Below are positions 43,472 through 53,451 of a DNA stretch of 64,000 bases, one piece after another (position 1 is the stretch's first letter; each line of letters starts with the position of its first letter). The translations under genes and the position numbers were made by a program. This DNA comes from a virus. Location: the IMG/VR virus record IMGVR_UViG_3300034031_000020, positions 1-64,000 of that record; one strand, given 5' to 3'. The notes beneath the pieces were generated by a model. It was not told the DNA's origin. It searched no databases and was given only the letters and a program-made list of their open reading frames with translations.

Positions 43472-44838
43472 GCCAGTGGTCGAGGGCGTACACCCGCCCC
43501 CGCGCGACGCGGGCGTTCACCGGCATCTCCGGGGCCTCCGAGACCCTGGCCGGAGTCACCATCCCCGGCCGTGGGGGCGCGGGACGGCACGGGACAGTCC
43601 AGGTGACCGAGTCGAAAGCCATGACCCACTCGGCGTACTGGGCGTGTCTGCGCCTGCGGGCGGACCTGTTGTCGACGTTCCCCGCCGACGTGTACCGCGA
43701 CTTCGAGGGCATCGCCATCGAGATGCCGAAACCGCCCGTCATGGTCGACCCGGGTGGGGTGGAGTGGGACTTCGTCGACTGGATGTGGGCCAGCCAGCGG
43801 GACCTCGACTCCACCGGCAACGCGATCGGGATCATCCGGGAACGCAACGCGATCTCCACCCGCTACTACCCCGACGGCCTCCCCTCGATGATCGAACTGG
43901 CGGACACCCGGGGCTGCTCCATCGTGGTGCACAAGGGGAAGAAGCAATACCGCATCGACGGGAAGTTCTACAACCCGAACGAGGTCTACCACGAACGGCA
44001 GTACCGGATGTCGGGCTCCCCGGTGGGCCTGTCCCCGCTCATCATGGCGGCGGCGTCCGTCGGCGAGTACCTGTCCCTCCAGCAGTACGGCTTGGACTGG
44101 TTCCAGGGCGGCGGCATCCCGAAGGCGTGGATGCAGAACACCCGCAAGTCGCTCCAGGATGAGGAGCGGACGGCGGCGAAACAGTGGTATCAGGACACCG
44201 TCGGTAACGGCGACCTGATGGTCACGGGCCGTGACTGGGAATACAACATGATCCAGGCGGAGACGGCGGGCATGGAGTGGCTGGAGGGCCGCCGGTACGG
44301 CATCGCCGAGGTGTGCCGGTTCCTGTCGACGCCGCCGGAGATGGTCCACGGCGCGGTGTCAGGCCAGTCGGTGACGTACGCGAACGTCACCCAGGCGAAC
44401 CTCCAGTTCCTGATCATGCACCTTGCCCCGGCTGTGATCCGGCGGGAGAAGAACCTGTCGAAGTTCCTCCCGATGCCGCGTTACGTGAAGTTCAACACCG
44501 ACGCGCTGTTGCGCATGGACCCGAAGACCCGCCAGGACGTCCTCCGCTCACGGTTGGAGACGTGGCAGGTCACGAACGCTGAGGCGCGCAAGCTCGACAA
44601 CTTCGAACCCCTCAGCGCTGCCGACAAGGCCGAGATGGTGGAGATCTACGGTGCGCCGCAGATCGGTAAGGGCCCGAAGCCCGAACCGGCTCCAGCTCCC
44701 GGCCAAAGCTCGCCCGGACAGGGCGACGAGACGAACACACCGGCGATCCCCGCCGAGGCGACGTGGTCGCCGGAGCTACGGGAGATCTCCGAGTTCGCTC
44801 ACCGCGTCGAGAAGATGGCGGAGCTGACGGCGGCATGA
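43468..44838 (+). CDS. HK97-family portal protein
   Basis: WACLRL, GNA, GLSP, EVCRFLSTPP, TYANV, ALLRMD, NAEAR. Confidence 0.93.
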   Translation: MSQWSRAYTRPRATRAFTGISGASETLAGVTIPGRGGAGRHGTVQVTESKAMTHSAYWACLRLRADLLSTFPADVYRDFEGIAIEMPKPPVMVDPGGVEWDFVDWMWASQRDLDSTGNAIGIIRERNAISTRYYPDGLPSMIELADTRGCSIVVHKGKKQYRIDGKFYNPNEVYHERQYRMSGSPVGLSPLIMAAASVGEYLSLQQYGLDWFQGGGIPKAWMQNTRKSLQDEERTAAKQWYQDTVGNGDLMVTGRDWEYNMIQAETAGMEWLEGRRYGIAEVCRFLSTPPEMVHGAVSGQSVTYANVTQANLQFLIMHLAPAVIRREKNLSKFLPMPRYVKFNTDALLRMDPKTRQDVLRSRLETWQVTNAEARKLDNFEPLSAADKAEMVEIYGAPQIGKGPKPEPAPAPGQSSPGQGDETNTPAIPAEATWSPELREISEFAHRVEKMAELTAA

Positions 44839-44851
44839 GAGAGGCGAAGGC

Positions 44852-46678
44852 ATGGCGGATTCACTTCACCGGCGTCGGCTGGCGGATCTAGTCGATTCGA
44901 CGGCGAACCGGGTCATCGAGCAGGCGGTTACGGACGACGTCCCGATCACGGAGCTGCGCGCGATGCGGCTGCGCTGGTACGAGATGCGCGCGGCCACCCC
45001 GGACCGGGTGCCGGGCGGCGGCACGGCGGCGAACGTCTACATCTACGACAAGATCGGCGGGAGTCTCGGGGTGAACGCGAAGACGTTCGCCGCCGACCTC
45101 GCGGACCTCGACGTCGACACGATCCACCTGCGGATCAACTCGCCGGGCGGGTCGGTGTTCGACGCGCTCGCCATCATGAACACGCTGCGGCAGCACCCGT
45201 CACGGGTCGTCGCGCACATCGACGGGATCGCGGCGAGCGCGGCCTCCGTGGTGATGCTGGGTGCGGACGAGATCGTCGTGGAGCCCGGCGGCGAGGTGAT
45301 GACACACAACGCGTCGACGACCGCCGACGGCCAGCCGACGATGCTGCGCCAGGTCGCGACGTGGCTGGAGCGGCAGTCCGACAACATCGCCGACCTGTAC
45401 GCGCAGCGGTCCGGGGCGACCCGGGAGCAGTGGCAGCAGCTCATGGACGAGGAGACCTGGTTTTACGGCGACGAGGCCGTTCAGATCGGCCTCGCGGACC
45501 GGGCGGAGACCCTGCGCGGCCCGGCGCCGGTCCCGGACGCTGACATGGCGGAGCGGATGCGCAAACGACACAGCCTCCAGGCGTTCCGCTACCAGGGCCG
45601 TGCGGCGCAACCGACCACCCCGGTCCTTCCCGAACCGATGATCAGGAAGGCGGCACCTGTGACGACGACCAGGACCGCTCGGGGTGGGGTGCCGTCCGAG
45701 GTCCGTGACGCGGCGCAGCTCCGCCGCCGCGCGTTCGACCGGCGGATGATGACCCGTTCGGCTCCCGCCGGGATCACCGTGCAGTCCCGCCGGTCCCCGG
45801 CCGGTGGGGACATCGTCCACGACATGGTCGAGCTGCGCGGCAGGCAGATGCACCGGACGAAGGGGTACTTCACGGTCTACAACCGTGGCTATGAGATGTG
45901 GGACGCGTTCGGCCCGTATCAGGAGGCCGTCGTGGACGGCTCCGGCACGGAGACGATCGGCCAGGGCCCGGACTGTATCTTCCTGGTGAATCACACCGGC
46001 TTGGCGCTGGCCCGGACCGGCGGCACGTGGAATCAGCACCGGGGGACCCTGGAGTTGTCGGAGGACACGAACGGCGGTCACCACGTCGGCTACCTCAACC
46101 CGGCGAACTCGTACGTCCAGGACCTGGTCCCGCTCATGGACGACGGTGTGATCACGGAGATGTCTTACGCCTTCATGATCACGGACGGTTGGTGGAACGA
46201 CGACTTCACCCGCTTCGAGATCCGCCGCTACGACATGGAGCGCGGTGACGTGTCCGCCGTCAACTACGGGGCCAACCCGTACACGGACATCTCCGCCCGC
46301 GCCGCTGAGGTCCTCGACGAGTTGGAGAGCCTGCCGCCGGGCGCGATCCGGGAGGCCCACCTCCGGCTCGGCCGCCGGATCGAGTCGTACGAGCAGCTCC
46401 TCCGGGACGTCGACCCGGGTCGCGCGGCGCGCATCGCGGACGTCGCCCTGGAGTCCCGCGCCGTCGGCGGGGAGTCCACCGACGACGAGATCTCAGCGGC
46501 GGAGAAGTGGGTCGCGGAGGCCCTCGGCCGGGGCGGAGCGGGCCCCGGCGTCGGGTCCGGTACTCCTGACCTGCCGCAAGACGCAACCAAGGTCATTGAC
46601 AACACGGCCCCTGAAGGGCCTACCGTGGCATCGTACGAGGCACTAGCGGCGTCGATCGGGATCAAGCTCCCTCAGTAA
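44852..46678 (+). CDS. capsid maturation protease: ClpP-like domain fused to an HK97-type prohead protease domain
   Basis: RINSPGG, DGIAASAAS, MTHN, EETW (ClpP); FLVNH..LART..LELSED..EMSYAF..DVSAVNYGANPYT (HK97/S78). Confidence 0.88.
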   Translation: MADSLHRRRLADLVDSTANRVIEQAVTDDVPITELRAMRLRWYEMRAATPDRVPGGGTAANVYIYDKIGGSLGVNAKTFAADLADLDVDTIHLRINSPGGSVFDALAIMNTLRQHPSRVVAHIDGIAASAASVVMLGADEIVVEPGGEVMTHNASTTADGQPTMLRQVATWLERQSDNIADLYAQRSGATREQWQQLMDEETWFYGDEAVQIGLADRAETLRGPAPVPDADMAERMRKRHSLQAFRYQGRAAQPTTPVLPEPMIRKAAPVTTTRTARGGVPSEVRDAAQLRRRAFDRRMMTRSAPAGITVQSRRSPAGGDIVHDMVELRGRQMHRTKGYFTVYNRGYEMWDAFGPYQEAVVDGSGTETIGQGPDCIFLVNHTGLALARTGGTWNQHRGTLELSEDTNGGHHVGYLNPANSYVQDLVPLMDDGVITEMSYAFMITDGWWNDDFTRFEIRRYDMERGDVSAVNYGANPYTDISARAAEVLDELESLPPGAIREAHLRLGRRIESYEQLLRDVDPGRAARIADVALESRAVGGESTDDEISAAEKWVAEALGRGGAGPGVGSGTPDLPQDATKVIDNTAPEGPTVASYEALAASIGIKLPQ

Positions 46679-46691
46679 GCGGGATCCCACC

Positions 46692-46800
46692 CGGCGTCGC
46701 CAGCACCCGGCCAGCCCCTCCATAGCTGCCGGACGCCGAGACGCACCCACCCGTACCTGAGCACCAACGGGCACCGTGCGCGGCCGTCCATACCGGCAGC
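46692..46800 (+). promoter_or_regulatory. predicted pseudoknot in the major capsid leader
   Basis: CGGCGTC 46692-46698 / GACGCCG 46732-46738 and GCTGCCGG 46725-46732 / CCGGCAGC 46793-46800. Confidence 0.5.
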
Positions 46801-46840
46801 GGACCCGATCAGGTCACCATTCCTGACTCGGAGATCAATC

Positions 46841-48295
46841 ATGGGCCAAAGCCTGGAAAGTCTGGTCACCTCGATCGAGGTGGAACTGGAGAACGCCAAC
46901 CGGCGCAAAGAGCGCGCAGCGCAGCGGGTCGTCGAGATCCTGTCGTCGGCCCGCCGTGAGGGCAACGCCACCCTCTCCCCTGCGGAGCAGGAGGAGATCA
47001 ACCGCGAGTTCCAGAACCGTCAGGTCGCTGAGAGCGACATCGACGGGATCAAGGTCAAGCTGGAGTCCGCGAAGCGGATCCAGACCCTCGAACTTCAGAA
47101 CGACGTCGGTCTCAGGGAACGCACTCCCGTCGACGCGAGCACCAGCGGCGGGGATGTCGCCCGCACCCAGTACGGGGCCCGCGCGTACGACGAGGTCGCC
47201 CGCATCGGGCAGGAGAAGCGGACCTACAGCCCCGACAACTGCCGCAAGGGCACCGAGTTCCTCGCCGACGTCATCGCGTCGTACGCCCACAACGAGGAGG
47301 CGTCGTTCCGGCTCCGGGCGCACATGCGTGAGGAGCGCGTCGAGCGCGGCGCGTACCTGGAGAAGCGGGCCAACGTCGGCACGTCGAACTTCGCGGGCCT
47401 CGTCGTCCCGCAGTACCTGACGGACCTGTACGCCCCGGCGGTCGCGGCCCTGCGGCCGTTCGCGGACATCTGCAACCAGCACGACCTCCCCGAGAACGGG
47501 ATGACCGTCAACATCTCCCGCATCACGACCACCACGGCGGCGGGGATCCAGACGGAAGGCAACGCGGCACCCACGGCGGACATCGACGACACCCTCCTGT
47601 CGGAGAATGTCCAGACCGCCGCCGGGTACGCCGACCTGACCCGCCAGGCCATCGAGCGTGGGTCCGGTGTCGAGGAAGTCACCATGGACGACCTGATGCG
47701 CCGGTTCGCGACGTCGCTGGACGGGACGCTGCTCACCCAGGCGACGACGGGCCTCACGAACGTGTCGGCGGCGACCACGTTCGACGACACGACACCGACG
47801 GTGCCGGAGCTGTGGCCCAAGTTCCTCGGCGCCATGGCGAACGCTGAAGGCGCCCTGTTGGGTATGGCGTTCCCCGACTACATCATCATGCACTCCCGGC
47901 GCTGGTACTGGCTTCAGAGCTACCTCGGCTCGCAGTACCCGTTCATCGGCCAGCCCGGCATCCCCCCGACTCAGGGCGGTGTCGCCAACGGCAACGGCTA
48001 CAACCAGGGCGTACGCGGCACCCTCCCGAACGGGATGCGGGTCATCGTCGACAACAACATCGCGACGAACGGCGGCGTCGGCACCAACCAGGACGAGATT
48101 TACGTGGTCGCGTCGTCGGAGTGTCACCTGTGGGAGGACCCGAACGCCCCGGTCTTCATCCGCGCGGAGCAGCCCCTGGCGCACCAGCTCGCGGTCCGGC
48201 TCGTCATGTACGGGTACTTCGCGTACAGCTTCCGCCGGTACACGAACGCGCAGCAGAAGATCGCCGGTACCGGCCTCGTCAGTCCGTCGTTCTGA
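46841..48295 (+). CDS. major capsid protein (HK97 fold, N-terminal delta/scaffold domain)
   Basis: Coiled-coil N-terminus, GLVVPQY, IIMHSRRW, position after the protease. Confidence 0.92.
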   Translation: MGQSLESLVTSIEVELENANRRKERAAQRVVEILSSARREGNATLSPAEQEEINREFQNRQVAESDIDGIKVKLESAKRIQTLELQNDVGLRERTPVDASTSGGDVARTQYGARAYDEVARIGQEKRTYSPDNCRKGTEFLADVIASYAHNEEASFRLRAHMREERVERGAYLEKRANVGTSNFAGLVVPQYLTDLYAPAVAALRPFADICNQHDLPENGMTVNISRITTTTAAGIQTEGNAAPTADIDDTLLSENVQTAAGYADLTRQAIERGSGVEEVTMDDLMRRFATSLDGTLLTQATTGLTNVSAATTFDDTTPTVPELWPKFLGAMANAEGALLGMAFPDYIIMHSRRWYWLQSYLGSQYPFIGQPGIPPTQGGVANGNGYNQGVRGTLPNGMRVIVDNNIATNGGVGTNQDEIYVVASSECHLWEDPNAPVFIRAEQPLAHQLAVRLVMYGYFAYSFRRYTNAQQKIAGTGLVSPSF

Positions 48296-48307
48296 TAGGC
48301 GGCTGAC

Positions 48308-48691
48308 ATGGCGAAGCTCCAGGCCATCGGCGCGGGTGGGATGCCGGACTCCGTCCTGCTCTCCACCGCGCAGACGGGCAACGGCAACTCGACGGACACG
48401 CTGGATCGCCTCGGTGGCCTGGAGGCGTGCCTACTGGAGATCACCACGACGGTCGGGGCGACCCCGACGGTGACGGTCGACGTTCAAGGCACAGCGGACG
48501 ACGTCGGCTGGTGGAACGTCCCCTACGCGGACATAGCCACACCCAGTACGTGGGCGGTCGCGGCGCTCGTCATCACCACGGCGGGGACGCGGCGGCTCAT
48601 CCTGCCCGCGAACATCCCGTGGCGGGGTCTGCGGCTCGTCTACTCGGCGAACACGAACGTCACGACCACGGCGAAGGTGACTGTCTTCTGA
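48308..48691 (+). CDS. capsid decoration protein (putative)
   Basis: Small beta-rich protein right after the capsid gene. Confidence 0.65.
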   Translation: MAKLQAIGAGGMPDSVLLSTAQTGNGNSTDTLDRLGGLEACLLEITTTVGATPTVTVDVQGTADDVGWWNVPYADIATPSTWAVAALVITTAGTRRLILPANIPWRGLRLVYSANTNVTTTAKVTVF

Positions 48692-49233
48692 TGCGACTGA
48701 TCCGATCGTTTCCGGACCCGACCCCTGAGGGGCGGAACTACATCGTCGACGACGCCGAGCGGGTGCTGAACACCGGCTACTCGTATAGGGGTCTCGTCGC
48801 GGTGGGCGACGATCTGATCCACCTGGACTGGGACATGGCGGTCAGCCGGGAGGACCTGGAGCGGTTCGCGACCCGGGCCCGGCAGGCGCCGGACCGTGTG
48901 CTCGTCGGTCCGCAGCGCGTCGACGTCGGTGACGGCCGTCGGCACCTGCGGGAGCCGGTGTGGAACATGCGCCGTTACGTGGGCCCTGCGATGGAGCACG
49001 TCCCGACGGGCGCACCGACCTGTGACCTGTACGGGTTCGGGATGGTGTACCTGCCGGGGAAGCTGCTGCGCGCGTTCGAGGACCGGTGGCGGGCCGAACT
49101 GGACGATGGGTCGGTGCGCTTCGACGACACCGGGTTCGCGGGGTGGACCACGAAGGAGCAGGGGCCCGCCGAGATCGACTGGTCGGTCCGGCCGGTCCAC
49201 CTTCACTACGCGATCTCGGAGGTGATCCGGTGA
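48691..49233 (+). CDS. GT-A fold glycosyltransferase-like protein
   Basis: IHLDWDM (DxD), GFGMVYL, FDDTGF, VHL; TGATG coupling. Confidence 0.65.
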   Translation: MRLIRSFPDPTPEGRNYIVDDAERVLNTGYSYRGLVAVGDDLIHLDWDMAVSREDLERFATRARQAPDRVLVGPQRVDVGDGRRHLREPVWNMRRYVGPAMEHVPTGAPTCDLYGFGMVYLPGKLLRAFEDRWRAELDDGSVRFDDTGFAGWTTKEQGPAEIDWSVRPVHLHYAISEVIR

Positions 49234-49820
49234 AGCTCTACACCGTCGAGGAGCAGCTCCGGGCGGACATGTGGAACGTCGCCTACACGGCCCACCACGA
49301 CTACCGGGCGTGGCAGAACGTCGCCGAACTGGCCGAGGTCCTGTACCGGGTCGCGCACGAAGACGTCCGCGTCGTCGTGGAGATCGGGTCGGCGTGGGGC
49401 GGCACCCTCTACGCGTGGAGTCAGCTCCCCACGGAGCCGTTGGTGTTCGGCGTGACAATGGATCACTTCGGGTTGCCGGAGTACGACCACGGCGCGGTGG
49501 TCCTGGAGGGCGACAGTCACGACCGGATCACGTTGCAGCGGCTGAAGGACCAGCTCGGCGGCAGGCCCGTGGATGTGCTGTTCATCGACGGGGACCACAC
49601 CTACGACGGGGCCCGGCAGGACTGGTTGATGTATGCCCCCCTCGTCCGGGACGGCGGCCTCGTGCTGCTCCACGACATCGTGTGTGCGGGCGAGCCGGAT
49701 GTGGCCCGGGTGTGGGCTGAGATCCGCGCGGGTGGCCCGGAATGGACCGACGAGGTCATAGCGAAGGCCGGGAAACCGCTCGGCTTCGGGATCGTGCGAA
49801 TGGCAGGAGTGAAGCAATGA
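49230..49820 (+). CDS. class I SAM methyltransferase (Methyltransf_24-like)
   Basis: VVEIGSAWGGT, EGDSH, LFIDGDHTY, GGLVLLHD. Confidence 0.9.
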   Translation: MKLYTVEEQLRADMWNVAYTAHHDYRAWQNVAELAEVLYRVAHEDVRVVVEIGSAWGGTLYAWSQLPTEPLVFGVTMDHFGLPEYDHGAVVLEGDSHDRITLQRLKDQLGGRPVDVLFIDGDHTYDGARQDWLMYAPLVRDGGLVLLHDIVCAGEPDVARVWAEIRAGGPEWTDEVIAKAGKPLGFGIVRMAGVKQ

Positions 49821-50491
49821 CGCAGGACGCCGCCGACAAGGCGCATGAGGACAAGGTCGAAGCGACCGCCGACGGGGAGCGCCTCGTCGCGCACAGCACC
49901 TTCACCGAGGGGGACCGGGAGCTGCGGACCCTGATGGACGAGGCCGAAGCGGAGCGGGTCGCCGGGTACCAGGAGGCCGGGTATGTGGGTTCGCCACTGT
50001 CCGGTGACTATCACGCCGCCCGCCGGGCGGCGAAGCAGGGCGGCGCGATCGTCGCGGGGGTCGGCGGCGGCACCGTCGATGACCCGTCAGCGGCCGTCGT
50101 CGACCAGATCAGGGAGGCCATGGTGCAGGAGAACCAGGCGGCGGGCGCGGCCCGTCGGGCGGCGGGCCAGCGGCGCGGTAGCGGCCCGCAGAGCCGCCGG
50201 AGCCGGGCCGACGTCGTCCAGGAGGGCGCCTCGTCCACCGGGCAGACCGGTGGTCTACGGCCGGGCGCAGCCGAGGGTGTCGGCAAGTCCGCGAGCTCGA
50301 CGGGCACCGACACCACCGACCGGGGTATGGACGCGTCCGTCGGGTCGGCCCCGGCGAACCCGGACCCGGGTACGAAGAACACCCCGCAGGACCGGCCGGA
50401 CAGCCAGGCCGCCAGCACCGGCGGGAACGTCACCGGCGGCAAGGGCGGCAGCGCGAAGCCCCCGACGAAGACCGGGACGAAGGCGAACTGA
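49817..50491 (+). CDS. hypothetical protein, low-complexity C-terminus
   Basis: ATGA overlap, SD AGGAG. Confidence 0.65.
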   Translation: MTQDAADKAHEDKVEATADGERLVAHSTFTEGDRELRTLMDEAEAERVAGYQEAGYVGSPLSGDYHAARRAAKQGGAIVAGVGGGTVDDPSAAVVDQIREAMVQENQAAGAARRAAGQRRGSGPQSRRSRADVVQEGASSTGQTGGLRPGAAEGVGKSASSTGTDTTDRGMDASVGSAPANPDPGTKNTPQDRPDSQAASTGGNVTGGKGGSAKPPTKTGTKAN

Positions 50492-50494
50492 CCC

Positions 50495-51349
50495 ATGCTG
50501 TTCCGGGTGCTGCGCACAGCGAAGGCGACCCTCACGCGGACGCTCTACCTCGACGAGGTAGCGACCGACGCGACGGGGGCCGTCGGCGTGGCCGTGGCGA
50601 AGCCGGACGGCACCGTCGTGCAGACGGCCAGCATCCCGGCGCCGGACGCCGACCACGGGTACACGTTCACGTGGCAGGGGTCCGACGACCTCGCGGAACT
50701 GGATCTGGCGTGGAGCGCCACGGTCGGGGGCGACGCGATCGTCCTCGACCGTGACGTCATTCAGGTCGTCGGGGGTTTCTATTTCGGCCTGTCGGAGGCC
50801 CGGGGGATCGACCCGAAGTTCAAGGACACCGCCCGCTTCACCACGCAGGACCTGGTGGACCGCCGCATTGAGGTCGAAGACGAGTTCGAGGCGATCTGTG
50901 AGCAGGCTTTCGTCCCCCGGTACTGCCGGGAGGTCCTGTCCGGGACCGGCACGAACGTCATCAAACTGAGGTGGCCGCGCCTGCGCCGGGTCCTGTCGGT
51001 GACCGTCGCCGGGGTCGGCTACGCACCGGCGACGGTGGCCGGGTTCGGCCCGGACATGCTGGGGCTGCTGCGCCATGACGGGATCTGGCCGCGCGGTGTC
51101 GGCAACGTCGTCGTGGAGTACGAGCACGGCATGGACCGCCCACCGACGGACATCGCCCGGGTGTCGAAGCTGAGGATGAAGTCGATGCTGCTGACGTCCC
51201 AGTCACCGCTCCCGGACCGGGCGGAGCGGATCGCGACGACGGAGATGGGTCTCGTGACCCTGGCCGTCGCGACCGCGCGGACCACCGGCATCCCCGAGGT
51301 GGACGCCGCCCTGGACCGGCACCCGTCGCCGCGCCCCGGGTTCGGGTGA
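50495..51349 (+). CDS. head-to-tail adaptor
   Basis: Position; VVVEYEHG..PPTDI motif. Confidence 0.75.
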   Translation: MLFRVLRTAKATLTRTLYLDEVATDATGAVGVAVAKPDGTVVQTASIPAPDADHGYTFTWQGSDDLAELDLAWSATVGGDAIVLDRDVIQVVGGFYFGLSEARGIDPKFKDTARFTTQDLVDRRIEVEDEFEAICEQAFVPRYCREVLSGTGTNVIKLRWPRLRRVLSVTVAGVGYAPATVAGFGPDMLGLLRHDGIWPRGVGNVVVEYEHGMDRPPTDIARVSKLRMKSMLLTSQSPLPDRAERIATTEMGLVTLAVATARTTGIPEVDAALDRHPSPRPGFG

Positions 51350-51353
51350 TCAC

Positions 51354-51863
51354 ATGACGATCATCATGGCGTGGCCCCTGAAGCGGTCGGCGATCGCCCG
51401 GATCAAGTCCATCGCCGCCGGTACGCAGTCCCCGCCGATGGGGGCCGAGCTGCTGGTGTCGACGCCGGACCGGCCGATCCAGGTGGAGCATTACCTCCCC
51501 GCCGAACCGGACCCGATCTGTGTGTTCGGCACCCCGTTGTCGTTCTCCCGCCGGGAGATCACCGGGGAGTCCGGGCGTGGGGCGTGGTCGAACATCGTGT
51601 CGACGGGGCAGATCGAGACGATCCCGTTCGAGATCCGGGTCCGGGTGTACGAACCCGGTGAGGACGTCGAAGTGGTGGACCGGACCCTCGGCGACACCCT
51701 GTCCGCCGTCGCGACGGCGATCCTCGCGACACCGCTGTTCGAGCAGGGCCGGATCTACCTGTCGGGCGGCAGGCAGGACCCAACCGCGCTGGCCCCGTCG
51801 CCGGAGCCGTCGGTGACGGCGAATGCGGTCCTCATCTTCACGGCTGAGGTGATCACGTTCTGA
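51354..51863 (+). CDS. tail completion/terminator protein (putative)
   Basis: Position in the neck module. Confidence 0.55.
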   Translation: MTIIMAWPLKRSAIARIKSIAAGTQSPPMGAELLVSTPDRPIQVEHYLPAEPDPICVFGTPLSFSRREITGESGRGAWSNIVSTGQIETIPFEIRVRVYEPGEDVEVVDRTLGDTLSAVATAILATPLFEQGRIYLSGGRQDPTALAPSPEPSVTANAVLIFTAEVITF

Positions 51864-52162
51864 TGGCCACCAGAGTCGACGTCGACGTCACCGTCTTCGA
51901 GGGGTCGATCCGGGAGATAGCCCGGGGCCCCGAACTGCACAGCTACCTGCGACGCGCCGTCGACGAGGTGGCGGAGGGGATGCGTTCCGGCGCCCCCGTC
52001 CGGTCCGGCGCGGGCAGGGCATCGATCCGGGGTCAGGTCCACATGGGCCCGGACGGCTGGTACGGCACGGCGAGTTGGGACACCCGGCACTACTACATGG
52101 GCATTCTCAACAGCCGTCGCCAGTTCGCGGAGCCCGCAATCATGCGGGTCCGTTACGTCTGA
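51863..52162 (+). CDS. HK97 gp10-like neck protein
   Basis: APVRSG..RASI motif. Confidence 0.7.
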   Translation: MATRVDVDVTVFEGSIREIARGPELHSYLRRAVDEVAEGMRSGAPVRSGAGRASIRGQVHMGPDGWYGTASWDTRHYYMGILNSRRQFAEPAIMRVRYV

Positions 52163-52178
52163 GAAGGAGGGATCGACG

Positions 52179-52835
52179 GTGGCACTGAGCGACGCCGATC
52201 GAGAACTGATGGAGCTTCAGCGCTCCCTGAGTGCCAGCGGCGCGGGCCCGGCCGGTCTCCCGAGCGGGGCGGCGGTCGCGGCGGACCCGTCCGTGATCCG
52301 AACCTGGGAGCTGCGGCAGGCCGCGCAGCGCGAGGCGTACGGCCAGTACGTGGCCGACGGGGACATCTACATCGGGAACGCGCACACGTTCTCCAGCGGG
52401 CAACAGGTGCCATTGGAGCATGTGATCCGGTTCCAGCTCGTCGAGCGGGAACAGGTCAACCGGGTCGCTACCCCCGACATGGCGCGCCTCGGGAAGGTCT
52501 TCGAGGACGACGAGTCGTTCCTGGCGGCGAACCCGCACCTGAGCGGCCGTCGGCGGCTCGCCTCGGCGGGGGAGTTGCACCCGTCAGCCCTGGACCCCCG
52601 GGGCGGGGCGGCGGCGATCGACGACGCCCGTAAGCGCGGCGAGGCCGGGGACGAGACCCGGCCCGGTGACGGCAGCGACGAACGGCAGCGCGCCGTCGAC
52701 ATGCAGGCCGAGAAGATCGGCGACGTCGACGTGTCCAACCGGGACGCCGACGACGACAAGACGAGCGGTGGTAAGGCATCCACCGCGAAGAGCTCCACCA
52801 AGGGCAGCCGGACCTCCGGCACGAAGGAGGACTGA
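52179..52835 (+). CDS. hypothetical protein
   Basis: SD GGAGG, codon bias. Confidence 0.7.
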   Translation: MALSDADRELMELQRSLSASGAGPAGLPSGAAVAADPSVIRTWELRQAAQREAYGQYVADGDIYIGNAHTFSSGQQVPLEHVIRFQLVEREQVNRVATPDMARLGKVFEDDESFLAANPHLSGRRRLASAGELHPSALDPRGGAAAIDDARKRGEAGDETRPGDGSDERQRAVDMQAEKIGDVDVSNRDADDDKTSGGKASTAKSSTKGSRTSGTKED

Positions 52836-52838
52836 CCG

Positions 52839-53429
52839 GTGCCTACCGTCGCAACCCCGTATCTGATGCTCGACCCCGGGTTCATGTGGCACGCCCCCGC
52901 GAACACGTTGTTCCCCGTGGGCGGCGGCACGGCCGCTGGTTCCATGTTCACCGACGCGCCGTCGGTGACGTGGTACGAGATCGGCGCGACCGAGGCCGGG
53001 CACACGTTCTCGTACAGCCAGTCGATCGAGGCCATCAACGTGGCCGAGTTCGCGGACCCGGTGAAGTGGCGCACCACGGCCCGGCAGGGGTCCATGTCGT
53101 TCAACCTGGCCGACTACACCCTGAAGAACCTTCAGCGGGCCCTGAACGGTGGCTCGTTGACCGCAGTGTCCGGCACGGGCGCGACCCTGATCAGTAAGTG
53201 GGTGCCCCCGGTCGTCGGTTCGGAGACCCGGGCCGCGCTGCTGTGGCAGTCCCTCGACGGGACGATGCGGATCTTCATGTACCAGACGGTCCAGGTCAAC
53301 GAGATGGAATCGGCGTTCAAGAAAGCCCCCGACTACGCCGTCATCCCCTGTGACTTCCGCTTCGAGATCGACGCGTCGGGCAACATCTTCGAGGTCTTCG
53401 CCGCCGGTCCGACCCGGCTCGGTAGCTGA
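52839..53429 (+). CDS. major tail (tube) protein
   Basis: WYEIGATEAG..FSYS; position before the chaperone and tape measure. Confidence 0.85.
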   Translation: MPTVATPYLMLDPGFMWHAPANTLFPVGGGTAAGSMFTDAPSVTWYEIGATEAGHTFSYSQSIEAINVAEFADPVKWRTTARQGSMSFNLADYTLKNLQRALNGGSLTAVSGTGATLISKWVPPVVGSETRAALLWQSLDGTMRIFMYQTVQVNEMESAFKKAPDYAVIPCDFRFEIDASGNIFEVFAAGPTRLGS

Positions 53430-53451
53430 CCCACCTCCGGAAGGGGCACAC

